This document shows positions 45,793 through 58,699 of a stretch of 64,000 nucleotides of DNA, piece after piece (positions within the stretch are counted from its first letter, which is position 1; the number at the start of each line of letters is the position of its first letter). Location: positions 25,668,001 to 25,732,000 of the forward strand of contig OZ024752.1 of the NCBI GenBank assembly GCA_964016885.1, given 5' to 3'. Made by a program: the position numbers and the translations under genes. The stretch is from Eledone cirrhosa (taxonomy: Eukaryota). The notes beneath the pieces are model-generated. The model was not told where the DNA came from. It did no database searches and worked only from the letters and a program-made list of their open reading frames with translations.

Positions 45793-45914
45793 GTCTGTAT
45801 ATATGTATATATATATATATATGTATGTATATATATATGTATGTATTTATATATATATGTATGTATATATATATGTATGTATTTATATATATATGTATAT
45901 ATATATATGTATGA

Positions 45915-45951
<37 letters not shown>

Positions 45952-46067
45952 TATTTATGTATATATATGTATATATATATATATGTATGAATATATATAT
46001 ATATATATGTATGTATATATATATATATGTATGAATATATATATATATATATATATCTATATATATA

Positions 46068-46128
<61 letters not shown>

Positions 46129-46642
46129 ACCTCATGAGGTTTCATTCGATTTTTGGAAATATCCGATTATGGATAAATTCACGAGTTTCGAAATCATCAG
46201 GAAACAAACTCAATTGGACAAAGATTTTTCTTAAATGATCCCCGAAGGAAGCGAATGAAATCTCATGGGGTAGAGTCATAATTTTGCTATGTTTAGATAC
46301 ATTTTTTCTTCTAACTTTGATTTTGTACCTAATTGTGTATGGTTGGCTATCTAATCGATTTCTACGGGTTATTAGAAATACTAGGTAAATCTTCTGTGGC
46401 TGTGGGTCGCGGATAAAATAGCTATCATTTATTTATCTATTGTTTCTTCATAGGTGCTTTTTAAACTTATAGCCTCGTTTAATTGATTTTTTTGTGTGGT
46501 TAATTATGCTGGTTAGGAGAAGAAATACTGTATATATTTTATCAAATGATTCTATGGACTTACTTTCTTATATATTGCTCTGATTGTTGATTATTTAATT
46601 AATTAATTCGTCATTGAGCCACACCGTGAATGGTTGCCCAAA

Positions 46643-46711
<69 letters not shown>

Positions 46712-47210
46712 GTTTCTTGGTGAGGAGGGTGACTTTGGACTAAAAACAAAACCTGTCAAAGGGCAAAGGAGCTCTTAAGAGTCAATGGCCATCCAAAATC
46801 ACCGGGATAGATGACCCCTTAGCCTTTGTCAAGGCAGAATTCTAGGAGAAGGAAAACTATGATATAACACCTGCAACCCTGATGGTATCCAATGATGTTG
46901 ACTTGTTCTTCTTTTTGGTAAATATCATCTTGGTTAAGAGTGTGGGACTGGCTTTGTGCAGTGTCTTTGCTCACTATAAAAGCTTCACGGCACAGGCATT
47001 GATTTATATCTGGAGATCTCTCTGCACTTTTCGTCACATGTTACCATGGGCCTAGCACTATGTGTCAATAATTGTCACAGGTGTAGTGTTTGTACCAGAG
47101 TTTTCAAGTCGCTGGCTGGACTAAAAAGTCACACTCGTTCAGCGCATCGGTAGGAATTCTCCTACATGGATATAAAGTAGTGGCCGTACTCGAATACGAG
47201 TTGGCAGCCA

Positions 47211-47263
<53 letters not shown>

Positions 47264-47683
47264 CATACGTAATTGAAAACTGAATAATACGTAATTACAA
47301 AAGCATAATGAGTGTACAGGAACTGTTAAAGGTAAGCCAGCGTATAAAGCGTGAGAAATCTCGTAATGGAATTATAAATTTACATATTTATATTGCTTTC
47401 TTATGTGTAATTTATAGGTATAATAACATCCTGTGTGCTTTGGTAAGTAGGCGTGACTATGTATGTATTCATATGAATATATAAATATATTTATGAATAA
47501 TTGCCCCACACCCTCATCTCACTCCACCCAAACCCATATCTAGTCTCATACAAATCAACATATATTTATTCATATTCATAATTTGGTATATTATTCTATA
47601 ACACAGTAAACAAACACACACACTCTATCTCTCTCTCACACACACATACCGACACACACCCACATATATAAATGTGTACACTT

Positions 47684-47771
<88 letters not shown>

Positions 47772-47775
<4 letters not shown>

Positions 47776-48112
47776 TCGATTCGTTTGCAATTATGCAAAC
47801 AACCTCCTTTTTAAAGCCATGTCAGTAGAATGAACCCCTCATTCTTGCTCTTGTGTTGGCATGTAATCAGAACTGCAGTCACTAATGTTTCTGGGTATCA
47901 TCCTTCATCAGTGCAGTTCACTGTTCACCTGCCATCTGACAGAGCTAGTGAAAAAAGAGGCTGTTTGCATAATTGCAAGTGAACAGTGAACTTCATAGAT
48001 GAAGGGTGATTCCCAGAAACATTAGTGTTTGTCGTTCTGTTTACATGCCAACACAAGAGGTAGAATGAGGGGCTCATTCTACTGATATGGCTTTAAAAAC
48101 GAATCGAATATT
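47772..48112. repeat. Diverged inverted repeat containing two degenerate HHR motifs
   Basis: Reverse complement of 47873-47916: ctgca-CTGATGA-aggatgataccca-GAAA-cattagtg-ac-tgcag. Mirrored near 47992-48032. Confidence 0.6.
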
Positions 48113-48122
48113 ATTATTAATA

Positions 48123-48377
48123 TTCAAAAATATCCTGTAGACCAGGAAAGGATAACTGAGAAAGGGCACTTACCCATGCTGGTCAAGATAAATCAAGTTT
48201 CGAGAGGTTTCCTTCAGTGTTTCCTTAGATAGTTATCTCCCTTATTAGGGACTCTTCCATTTTGTTATTCATTGCTTATTTATTTGATCTTATTTTAACT
48301 CGATCACGTGTAACTTGCTTCGGGTTTTGTCTTTACGCCGTCCAAATCAATTCTGTGCCCTTGTAGTAAATAAAGAA

Positions 48378-48413
<36 letters not shown>
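48123..48413 (+). mobile_element. Tx1-like LINE 3' UTR remnant with (ATT)n tail
   Basis: ctgtag stop context and terminal gcccttgtagtaaataaagaa(ATT)12, matching the 3' ends at 53062-53127 and 58928-58987. Confidence 0.7.
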
Positions 48414-48618
48414 GGTTGGTGAAGCCACGCCTCCAGTCTTTTTCAACGTTTTACCTCTTTTTCAACCGTTCTAAACCTTTTATTCAAGTTTTAAATTTGA
48501 TAAAAGTTTAGAAGAAGTGACCCACCTAATACAGGGGTTCACTAGTAAATAATACGGCACCCCTTTACGGGGTGTCGTATTCGTATTTGTGTAAAAATAT
48601 ATTTTGAAAAATTTCAAC

Positions 48619-50639
48619 ATGGATAACACAAAAAAGAGAGAGAGCGCTGTCAGACAACACAGAGAGAGGGAGACTTTATCAGCATGTCAACAAGACAGCG
48701 TTCCAGCGGAGGTAAATATAAACGAAAATATTACAAAGGAAAAAAAGATTGTTACAGATTTAAAATTAACAAATATTTCTAACACAAGCAACACCAACAA
48801 TAACACCAACAACAACACCAAAAATAACAGCGCTAAAGTCGAGAACGACAATAACAAAAATAACAGCGGTAAGGTCGAGAACGACAATAACAAAAATAAC
48901 AGCGGTAAGGTCGAGAACGACAATAACAATGACAATAACAACAGCCACAACAACAATAATAGTAGGAACAGTATCAACAAAAACAACAATAATAACAACA
49001 GCCACAATAACAGTAACAGCAGCAACAGTATCAACGAAAACAACACCAACAACTGTACCAGCGAAAAGAACAACAATGACACCGATACCTGTAATAGCGA
49101 CCTCAGCACCACCAATAAGACCAGTAGCTGCAGCAATAGTGGCGCTGCTGAAAAAGGGACCACTTCTTTTGCAGGTGTCGCCCGAAATATCGAGACAGTG
49201 TTAGTCACAGAGGAGGAGATGGCAGTCGCAAGGGCCATGGTGACAAGAAGCGCAAATAGAGTTTCCCTGAAACCTCCACCCGATTTTTTCAAGGACCAGC
49301 AGCTACGAACGGTGACTTACCGCACCGTAAGCAAAATCTCACATCGAGTGGAGAGAGCCACAGAGGCTCAAATCCAAAAGGCCTTGGGGTGCGTCTGGGC
49401 ACGTAAAACCCACATCACCCGAGGCAGAAAGTACGCCACAGTATACGTACTTTTCGCCACCCCCCAGGAAGCAAAGTCTCACTCTTTGGAAACCCTAAAG
49501 AGTGAAGAGTTAGTTTTGGTGCCCTCCTACTGCGGGCAGAAAATTGTGAGGGTCAAAGTGACCCAGGTCCCACCCGACGTGCCCATACCTTGGCTGGCCG
49601 CGTCTGTCCTTGCTGGAATTGAGAACAGGGCGACCATGCTGCAAGTAGAAAAAATAGGGAGAGAGAACTGGTCAGGTATAGGCATGCAAATGCTTATACA
49701 AACTGACCAGGAATGTATCGAGGCTATCCCCGATATCATAGACTTTGAGGAAGGACTCCAACTCCCTATAAGTGTAGAAGGAAGACGGCCAAAATGTTAT
49801 CTCTGTGGGTCGAAAGGTCACTTCAGGGCCTTTTGCCCGCAGAAGACACCGAAGAGGGCCCCTCTCCTTCCAATACCTGGTCCGCTGCTACCAAGAGCAG
49901 GACAGGCAACAAACGAAGAAGCCCCTTCCACGGTGAGTAGGAGGGCAACGTCCGTAGCACCCGTACCAAGGCCACGGATAACTAAAGCAGCATCATCAGT
50001 AGCGGCAACACCAATAGCTACATTCGAAATAGCTACACCAGCAGCAACATTGCCGAAGAGGGCTCCACTACCACCACCAACGGCCGTGGAGAACATACCC
50101 CTCCCAGACGCCACAGAATCCGACATGGAGTTTGAGGCGGGAGTGACGTGGCAAACAGTCTGCCACAAAAAACAAAAAAGAAAAAAAACCCTTAGATTCA
50201 CCCTCCAAAAGCGAAGGCATACAAAGAGGGGTAAAGGCAGCAAGGAAACTTGCAGCAACACCACCACAAACACAACAAGACACACACACCAAACAGCAAC
50301 AAGAAGAAAACGGCAACAAAATCACCCCTCCCCCCCAAAAGTACACAGCCATAAACATAGCAAAAAAAAAGAACTCATAAAATATATAAAGCAGCACACA
50401 GACATCACGGAAAAAAATTACTACACCCCACCAACACCAAGAACTCTACCGACAAACATAAGCATCATCGAAATCTCATTAGAACAATACAAACCTTTAA
50501 AACAAAATTCCCCAACGCAGTTGGAGACTTCAGAGGGACGGTTACCAAGAGGATATACACTGACATCCTCTTGGAAACACCCATGACCAGCGAAAGGGAC
50601 GGTTCTACTGTCCCTTCACCACACGAACAAGGTAAGTGA
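48619..50639 (+). pseudogene. Tx1 ORF1 (gag-like; Asn-rich N-terminus, CCHC zinc knuckle), frameshifted in the A-rich 3' part
   Basis: CYLCGSKGHFRAFC, homologous to ORF 53339. The homologous GK* end at 50631-50639 is in a different frame. Confidence 0.8.
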
Positions 50640-50671
50640 CCCTTTCTCATTTGCCCCGTTTCTCATCCAAC

Positions 50672-52790
50672 ATGGCTGTACTCAGAATAGGAAGTATAAA
50701 TGCACGTGGCCTGGGGTCATCTTGGAAGCAGGGTCACCTGCTCAATGACCTCAGGTCACTAAACATAGATGTGGTGGCCATCAGTGAAACCAGAATCTCC
50801 GAGGCACGGGCCTTCGCACCGATCTTCGGCGGCTACGATGTATACGCATCTCCCAGCCGTCCAGGATCGGGGGGAGGGGTTGCCGTCCTTTTTCGGAGAG
50901 GCTTGGATCTCGCGATACGGGCCATCTTCCTGGACCCAGAAGGTAAGTCGGTGGTGCTGGACGTGACCGGCAACGAAGGCAATGCTTTCAGGCTAGTAGC
51001 CGTCTACGCCCCAACAGGGGCAGGACGGCCAGATTTCTTCAGACGTCTAGAGACCTTTCTTGGAACGTCCCGCTCTTTAGTGTTAGTGGGCGACTGGAAC
51101 GGTATCTTGGATGCACGCTGGGATCGTGTGGGGCTAGTGGATAGGAGAGGAGGGTGCAAGAGCCTCACCAACTTGCTCAGACGTTTTGAACTGTCTGACA
51201 GGTATCGACTGGATCACCCGAATGTGCCAATGTGGACATGGACAAACCGCATCGGGTCATCCAGATCGTATCTAGATAGGGTATTCTGCGTGGAACTAGA
51301 TAAGGCTAGTATAAGTTGTCCACAATTTAAAATAGTCGACTACACAGACCACAAATTTGTGATCTGTGAGATCGACATAGACAGACTTCATAGATAAGGG
51401 CCTGGTTACTGGAAGCTGAACGCGTCTTTCCCGGCGCGCAAGGCCTACAGAGACCGGATTAGCGTATTAGTTAAGCGGGCGTTGACGGGAGCGGTCGTCA
51501 ACAACAGGTGGTGGTTCGCCTTGAAAAGGGCAATTAAAGTAGAGTCGATTAGGTTTAGCAAAGGAGTAGTGATAGAGGAAAATAGAGTAGAGGGAGAGCT
51601 AGTCAGAAAGCTAGAAGAGGCGTTTAGGACAGGCATCGCAATCGACGTGCTTGCGGCGAGATTGGCACTCGACCAATTCTTCAACGCAAAACACGAAGGC
51701 TGCGTTGTCAGAACTAGAGCGCGTGCTCTGAAACATGAGGGGACAAAAGCCGTCCAATGGGCCCGGGTGGCAGAGGCGCGACGTGGCAATAAAGTCACAA
51801 TTCGGTCTTTGTCTGATCAAAACGGGTGCGTGATGCTCGAACCCGAGCGGATGTGTGAAGCTTTTCAGCAGCACTTTGCTGAACTGTTCGGGAGCGGCGG
51901 CGGCCCGGATCGGGACATGGACTTCAGTGCATACCTCGACGGACTGCCTCGGCTCTCGACGACCGCAGCACAGTGTTGCGAAAAGCCAATAACAGCCGGT
52001 GAAATACGGGAAGCGATGGCTAACTGCACAAGAGGTAAATCGCCAGGTTTAGATGGCTGATGATGCGCAAACATGCGCTGAGGCTGCGACATCTCTGGTG
52101 CTTCCTTGATGGTGAACGGGTGTGGTCGCCGTTCGCCAGGCACATTTTCCCACAGCTCGTCTCCTTGACGGAGCTGCAGTCCTGGGTCAGAAAAAGACCG
52201 AGGGATAGCGCTTGAAAACTGGAATGTCTCCAGGCGCTCACTGCCCTCTCCCACCTCGGCGTTCTATAGAGGACTAGTGGAGGGGAAGAGCGACGACGTT
52301 CTCGGAGAGATCCTGGGCGTCGAAGAAGATGCAGTGCTACCGGGGAGCGCTGCTGGTTCGAGATAAGCTCTACAGGCACGGAAGTGCCGTCAGCCGAGCC
52401 TGTCCGAGATGCGCGCATAGCGACGAAACCGTTGTGCACGCACTCGTTCAGTGCCCGAGCATTGCTGACTTGTGGAGCTATGTCGAACAGTTGCTGTCAT
52501 GTGTGGGACTGATCCGGTTGTCGACTGAGTCCATTGTGCAGATGGTCTCGCCGTCTTCCTTTGAGGAGGAAGGGCAGGCGGTTTTCATCTGCCTGGTGGT
52601 CATGGCGAAAGAGATTGTGTGGTGGACAAGGTTAAAAGGATTAAAGACAAACACTTTCCTCTTCGGCGAATCCCTGATTAACTTTTTCAAGTTTCACTTG
52701 AAGAGGAAAATCAGGGTGGAGAGGCAAGTGCCTTTCTAGCAAGTTTGTTGAAAGGTGAGTGAATGTAGCGAGAATGGTCCGAATATACGT
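50672..52790 (+). pseudogene. Tx1 ORF2 remnant (APE endonuclease, stop at 51395, ~1.17-kb RT deletion at ~52056)
   Basis: GSINARG, SETR, VYAP, GDWN, SYLDR, TDH. Sequence jumps from KSPGLDG to the MMRKHALRL region. Confidence 0.88.
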
Positions 52791-53083
52791 CTGTAGTTTG
52801 AGAGATGGAAAAATTGAGAGAGGGCGCTTGCCCTGGTAGTCAGGGTGGCCGTGGTCTTTTGTGTGGTTTTCGCCACGAGTAACCCTCGGAGGTTTCCCCC
52901 CCATTGGGGAATTTTTCATTGTTTCAATTTTCATTTTATTGTTTATATATATATATGTTTTATGTCTTTTTTCTTTTCTTATATAAATAATAAAAATATT
53001 TACACGCACAAAACCCACATCGTACCGTTCTGTTCCGTCTGTGATGTTTTTCTTGATGTCAGCCCTTGTGGCCAATAAAGAAA

Positions 53084-53127
<44 letters not shown>

Positions 53128-53338
53128 GACGAAAGTGGATGTACGTTTTTTGAAGCTCCGTGAGTAAGCAATTTTTTGAGGATTAATTGTAGAGAATTGT
53201 TTATTTTTTGTACCGCTGAAGCATTATAAGACATTAATTTGTATCCTGTGAAGGAATAACTCATAATATTTGGGCCTTTTGGCCCAAATATTTGAACTTT
53301 ATTTTGAAAAAAAATAATAATTTTTTTCTCAAAAAAAC

Positions 53339-55250
53339 ATGGCGGAGCCACGCCCCCTAGAGGCGGGTCTGCTGTCGTGCAACGGCGACTTGAGCGTTGA
53401 GAGGAGAGGTGAGGCGAGGAGCGCCACCAGCACGAATGTGAGCAGCGACAGTGCCAGCACCAACGGGCCGAGCGGCGCGGAAGGTGGTAACAGCGACAAC
53501 ACCAACACCAACAAGCCGAACAGCGCAGAAGGTGGTAATAACGAGAGCACCAACAAAACGAACAGCACAGAGAGTAATAGTAGCGACAGCAACAGCACCA
53601 ACAAGGCCAACAGCACAGAGGGTAACCACGACACAGGGGAGAACAACAACAGCAATAGCAGCAGCAACACCAACAAGAACAACAACAGTGACAACACCAA
53701 CAAGAACACTTTCGCTGCTGTGGCAGCGGCTAAAAGGAGACCATGCTACAGCATCGACTTAACCAACAGAGAGGAAAAGTTGGCCCAGGCCTGGAAAATC
53801 ATAAATCAAGAGCAGACCTGGGCAAACTTAACTGTCCCGGCAGAAGCCATTGAGGCAGTGGAAAAAAGAACGGTGCATTTCAGATGCATCTCAGTAGAGA
53901 CAAAGAGGGCAGCGATAATCGCCCAAGCTGACATAGAAGCCGCACTGAAATACATCAGAGAGGACACAGACTTCATAGAGAGGGGCAGGCAATACGGCAC
54001 CGTTTCGGTGCTGTTCAAGTCTGAAGCCCTCGCTGTGAAGCATTCAATGACCCCTTGCAAAACCAGCAAGGTCATAATGTACCCCTCCCACATGGGAAAA
54101 CGAATAGCACGTGTGCGCATTCCCAGGATTCCACCAGGACTTGATATGTGGTGGCTCCTGGGTTGCGTAATCGTGGAAGGAACGGATACAGTCCCGGTAG
54201 AGGCAACGAGAACTGCCAGGGACGACTGGTCCGGGGTTGATCTGGAGATACTGCTCCAAATCAGACCCGAAAACGTAAAAACAATCCCGGACCACATCCG
54301 CCTCCAAAACGGGAGGGTGTTGCATATAATGACTGAGGGCAAAAGGCCGCATTGTTTCCTTTGTGGGGAAACGACACACTTGCGAGCCTTCTGCCCTCAA
54401 CTGCCGAAAAGCGCAAGGGGTCGAAAGATTCCACTGCTGGCGACGCCGGGACAAGGACCACCAGCAACACCGTCAACAATGGAACCACCAAAATTGCACA
54501 CCCAGGGGGGAAACGAGGAAAGCTCTCCCATTCCCCCTCCCCCCCAAAATACACACACGAACAAGAACATAAACACTCACTCAGACACAAACACGCTCAC
54601 AGCCACAGACCCCTCATCCTCCAGCAGTGAAGATGAGGGAAAACCAAAGTCCCCCAAAATACAAAAAACAAAACACAAAAAAAAAAGAAATCCACAAAGC
54701 ACAAACACCCCCACAAAAAAAAAATACACACACCACCCACACAAACATTTTCCCCACAGCATCACCAACACAACCACCAAATTCCCCCAAACGCAAACAA
54801 GCTAAACAGACACAAGAACAAATAGACACACAAACATCAGAAACTACAGACACCCCACCCACAACAAACGCAGACACAATAGAAACAACACTAACAAAGC
54901 TATCACCACCACAATCACACGAACAAATAAAACCCGAGCAACAAAACATTAAAAACTTCGTGCTTGCCAGAAGGGCCAACAAGGAATTGATGGCCCATGT
55001 AGCACGAAGCACAAACATCGAAAAAGACGGGGAAACATTTGAAGCGAGCACATTTCGCGTACCAGATAATTTGCTTCTGATGCGAATGTCGCTCGCTTCA
55101 TACAAAGAAATTCGAAAGAGCTTTCCTCGGGATGTGGGAACCCCGAACGTAAAACCCACGTCAAGACTATTAAAGGGGTTCCCAAAAGAAACCCCACAAA
55201 CCATGGAGGTCGAACCACCCGACCTTCACAAGACCCCGGAAGGTAAGTAA
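53339..55250 (+). CDS. Tx1 ORF1 (gag-like, CCHC knuckle), one frameshift near the A-runs at ~54660-54725
   Basis: CFLCGETTHLRAFC, low-complexity N/S/T N-terminus. Split between ORFs 53339-54805 and 54627-55250. Confidence 0.78.
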
Positions 55251-55279
55251 ACCTTTCCTCTCCCATTCATCCTGCCAGC

Positions 55280-58200
55280 ATGGCCATAAGAGTAGGAAGT
55301 TTAAATGTTCGTGGCCTGGGGTCGCCCTGGAAGCAAGGTCACTTGCTCAACGACCTCAGGTCACTAGGAATGGATGTAATTGCCATCAGCGAGACCAGAA
55401 TTTCCGACACACGCGCACTGGCGCCGATTTTCGACGATTATCAGATCTTTGCATCTGTTAGTCGGCCGGGAATGGGAGGTGGAGTGGCTGTGCTGTTTAG
55501 GAAATGTCTGGATCTCGAGGTAAGGTCAATCTTCCGGGATCCTGACGGAAAGTTGGTGGTCCTGGACGTGAGCAATAGCGAAGGTGGTGCCTTTAGACTG
55601 GTGGCCGTCTACGCCCCTACTGGGGCCGGTCGGCCGGACTTCTTTAGGCGCCTGGAAAACTTTCTGCTTACGTCTCGCCCTTTACTGTTAATAGGGGATT
55701 GGAATGGCATCTTAGAAGCACGCTGGGATTGTGTGGGAGTATCTGATAGGAGCGGGGGGTGCAAAAGCCTCAAGTACCTGATCAGCCAGTTTCAACTGTC
55801 TGACAGGTACCGACTAGATTTCCCTAATGCGCCAGTATGGACCTGGACCAATCGCATAGGGTCATCTAGATCGTACATAGATAGGATTTTCATTAGGAAA
55901 AGAGATAGAAATAGTGTAGGATGTCCACATTTTAAAACGGTTGCCTATTCAGATCACAAGCTTGTGATCTGTATGGTCGACCTAGATAAGACACGTAGGT
56001 TAGGACCTAGCTACTGGAAGCTAAACATGTCGTTTCCGGCACGTAAAGCTTACAGGGACCGGGTCAACAACTTAGTTAAGCAAAAGTTGACAGGGGGGGT
56101 TGTCAACAACAGGTGGTGGGGGGCACTCAAAAGAGAGATTAGAGCAACCTCGATAGGATTTAGCAAAGAAGTAGCAATAGAGAAAAATAGAAAGGAGGAG
56201 GGGCTGATAGCTAAGTTAGACGAGGCTATTTGTAGTGGCATTGCAACAGACGTGCTAGCGGCGAGAATGGCACTAGACCATTTCTTCAATGCGAAACACG
56301 AAGGTTGCATTGTCAGAGCTAAGGCGCGTGCTCTGAGGAACGAGGGAAGCAAAGCTGCCCGATGGGCTCGCTTTGCAGAGACGCAGCGTGGAAATAAAAC
56401 CACAATTCGGTCTTTGACGGATCGAGATGGACACGAACTGAGCGATTCCAAGCAGATGTGTGAGGCCTTTCGCCAGCACTTTGCTCGATTGTTCGGGAGG
56501 ATGGGTGAGTCGGAGACGGCGGCGGACTTCAGTCCCTACCTCGACGGCTTGCCACGCCTCTCGACGGCCGACGCTGAGCGCTGCGAAGAGCCGATAACAT
56601 CAGCCGAAATTCAGGACGCCCTTGTCGGCTGCTCGAGTCGCAAGTCACCCGGTTTGGATGGTCTGCCCTACGAGCTTTACGTAAATATGCCAGACTTGTT
56701 CTCCGATCTCCTCGAAGCGCTCTACTGCAACTGGCAGCAGAACGGGAGCATTCCCAGTTCTGTGAGCCGTGGCGTAGTGACGCTGATAAGGAAAGACGAG
56801 AACAAGAGGGACACACTAGATAATTTCAGGCCCATAACCCTGCTCAACACAGAGTTTAAGATTTTGGCCAAGGTGTTAGCGAAAAGGTTGGCGCTTGTCG
56901 TCAAAGATTTGGTTGGGGAGGCGCAAACTTGCGCAATCCCGACCAGGTCCATACACGACAACCTCCACCTCATGCGATACATCATAGAGAGGGTTGGGTG
57001 CAAACCTGGCTTCGGTGGGGCTCTGATCAATTTAGATCAATCGAAAGCATTCGATAGGGTCGACCATCGGTACTTGGAGGCTGTCCTCGAGGCGGCTGGC
57101 TTCGGCCCCGTCTTCAGAAGCTGGATCGCTGCAATGTACAGCGGCATCCGCTCGGTGGTCAAAGTTAATGGCCACCTCTCGGAACCGTTTCAGATCTCTC
57201 GATCGGTCCGTCAAGGGTGCCCTCTCTCCTCACTTCTGTACGTATTGACTCTTGAGCCTCTACTGCGGAAGCTGGAGTTGTTGCAGGGCATCCCGCTCGA
57301 ACCGGGACGTAGAAAGGCTGCGTCCGCTTATGCGGACGACATCACCGTGATGGTGTCGGACACCTCGGAAATCGAGGTGATCCGCACCCATTTGGAGGAA
57401 TATGAAAGGTTGACGGGAGCAAAACTTAACCCGGAAAAGTCGGTGGGCTTGCAGCTCGGCACCTGGAGAGGCAAGTCCATGCCGTCCAACAGCGTCGTTG
57501 GGCGCTGGACAGACGGACCGGTAAAGTTGCTCGGGGTTTGGTTCGGACCAGACCTCCAGGTGGATAAGAATTGGGACGAGGTGACGAGCAGGATAGCCAA
57601 CCTCACCCAGAAATGGGCTGAGAGAAAGCTATCACTGAAAGGGCGGGCGGAGGTGGCGAACGCGTACATCGCGTCCGTCATCTACTACCGCCTGACCGTC
57701 GTGCCTTGCCCCCGTCCACGCCTCGCCAATTTGGAACGGCTCCTTTTCAAATTTTTGTGGAGGGGACGGGTCCCGTTGGTGAGGCGGTCCATCTGCTGCC
57801 AGCACCCTCTTCGTGGAGGGCTGGGCATGCCGTGGCTAATGATGCGCAGACATGCGCTGAGGCTGCGACATCTCCAGATATTTTGCCTAAACGGTGAACA
57901 GGTGTGGTCGCCGTTTGTTAGACGGGCCTTTCCGCAGCTCATCTCTTTGACTGAGCTGCAGTCCTGGGTCAAGAAGAGACCGAGACTGGGCGACTGGCAT
58001 CTGGAATGTTGCCAGGCGCTCACTGCACTCTGCAAGGTGGGCAATGCGGTCAGTGGAACTTCCACTCAAGATTTCTATAGAGGATTAGTGGAGGGCAAGT
58101 GCGATGACGTACTAGGAGAGGCTCTGGGCGTCAACGAAGTAGAACTGACCAGTATGTTCCGGAGGACTTTCGAGCCGGGGACGATGGATAACTTCCAGAA

Positions 58201-58699
58201 ATCCCTCGCTTGGCAGTGCTACCGGGGGGCGCTGCCGGTTCGGGATAAACTCTACAGGCACGGAAGTGCTGTCAGACGAACCTGCCCGAGATGCGCGCAG
58301 AGCGACGAAACCGTTCTGCACGCACTCGTCCAGTGTCCGTGCATTGCTGACTTGTGGGGTTATGTCGAACAGCTATTGTCGCGTGTAGAACGGATCCGGC
58401 TATCGTCCGAGTCCATAGTGAAGATTGACCCGCCGCCTTCTTTTGGTCAGGAAGGGCAGGCAATTTTCCTCTGCCTGGTGGCAGTAGCGAAAGAGGTTGC
58501 ATGGTGGACCAGGTTGAAAGGACTGAAGACAGACACTTTTCTCTTCGGCCAATCCCTCATCAACTTCTTCAAGTTTCACTTGGAAAGGAAGGTGAGGGTG
58601 GAGAGAGAAGTGCTGCCCCCCAGTACATTTACTGAAAGGTGGGTGAATGTGGCGAGAATGGCCCGCGTGAGTGGGCCTACTCTGATCATGCGCCTGTAG
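55280..58699 (+). CDS. Tx1/L1-clade ORF2: APE endonuclease, reverse transcriptase and C-terminal zinc finger (1139 aa, intact)
   Basis: GSLNVRG, VYAP, GDWN, SYIDR, SDH, YWKLN, KSPGLDG, FRPITLLN, LDQSKAFDRV, RQGCPLS, YADD, CPRC..ET..H...C. Confidence 0.96.
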   Translation: MAIRVGSLNVRGLGSPWKQGHLLNDLRSLGMDVIAISETRISDTRALAPIFDDYQIFASVSRPGMGGGVAVLFRKCLDLEVRSIFRDPDGKLVVLDVSNSEGGAFRLVAVYAPTGAGRPDFFRRLENFLLTSRPLLLIGDWNGILEARWDCVGVSDRSGGCKSLKYLISQFQLSDRYRLDFPNAPVWTWTNRIGSSRSYIDRIFIRKRDRNSVGCPHFKTVAYSDHKLVICMVDLDKTRRLGPSYWKLNMSFPARKAYRDRVNNLVKQKLTGGVVNNRWWGALKREIRATSIGFSKEVAIEKNRKEEGLIAKLDEAICSGIATDVLAARMALDHFFNAKHEGCIVRAKARALRNEGSKAARWARFAETQRGNKTTIRSLTDRDGHELSDSKQMCEAFRQHFARLFGRMGESETAADFSPYLDGLPRLSTADAERCEEPITSAEIQDALVGCSSRKSPGLDGLPYELYVNMPDLFSDLLEALYCNWQQNGSIPSSVSRGVVTLIRKDENKRDTLDNFRPITLLNTEFKILAKVLAKRLALVVKDLVGEAQTCAIPTRSIHDNLHLMRYIIERVGCKPGFGGALINLDQSKAFDRVDHRYLEAVLEAAGFGPVFRSWIAAMYSGIRSVVKVNGHLSEPFQISRSVRQGCPLSSLLYVLTLEPLLRKLELLQGIPLEPGRRKAASAYADDITVMVSDTSEIEVIRTHLEEYERLTGAKLNPEKSVGLQLGTWRGKSMPSNSVVGRWTDGPVKLLGVWFGPDLQVDKNWDEVTSRIANLTQKWAERKLSLKGRAEVANAYIASVIYYRLTVVPCPRPRLANLERLLFKFLWRGRVPLVRRSICCQHPLRGGLGMPWLMMRRHALRLRHLQIFCLNGEQVWSPFVRRAFPQLISLTELQSWVKKRPRLGDWHLECCQALTALCKVGNAVSGTSTQDFYRGLVEGKCDDVLGEALGVNEVELTSMFRRTFEPGTMDNFQKSLAWQCYRGALPVRDKLYRHGSAVRRTCPRCAQSDETVLHALVQCPCIADLWGYVEQLLSRVERIRLSSESIVKIDPPPSFGQEGQAIFLCLVAVAKEVAWWTRLKGLKTDTFLFGQSLINFFKFHLERKVRVEREVLPPSTFTERWVNVARMARVSGPTLIMRL

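Larger units (their letters stand above)
48414..53127 (+). mobile_element. Tx1/L1-clade LINE, element 1 (full 5' end, internally deleted ORF2), (ATT)n tail
   Basis: ORF1 with CCHC knuckle, APE domain, RT deleted, C-terminal zinc finger, then AATAAA and (ATT)14. Confidence 0.92.

Noticed and set aside
46185-46211. Minus-strand CTGATGA-tttc-GAAA hammerhead-like motif
   Set aside because: No stem II and an incomplete cleavage triplet. At most a decayed remnant.
50160-54730. Programmed ribosomal frameshift in Tx1 ORF1 (both elements shift in A-rich tracts)
   Set aside because: The shifts are in opposite directions (-1 in element 1, +1 in element 2), which fits homopolymer indels or sequencing error.
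48687-58502. Antisense ORFs over the Tx1 elements (Leu/Val-rich)
   Set aside because: Shadows of the sense ORFs and their AAC-rich repeats.
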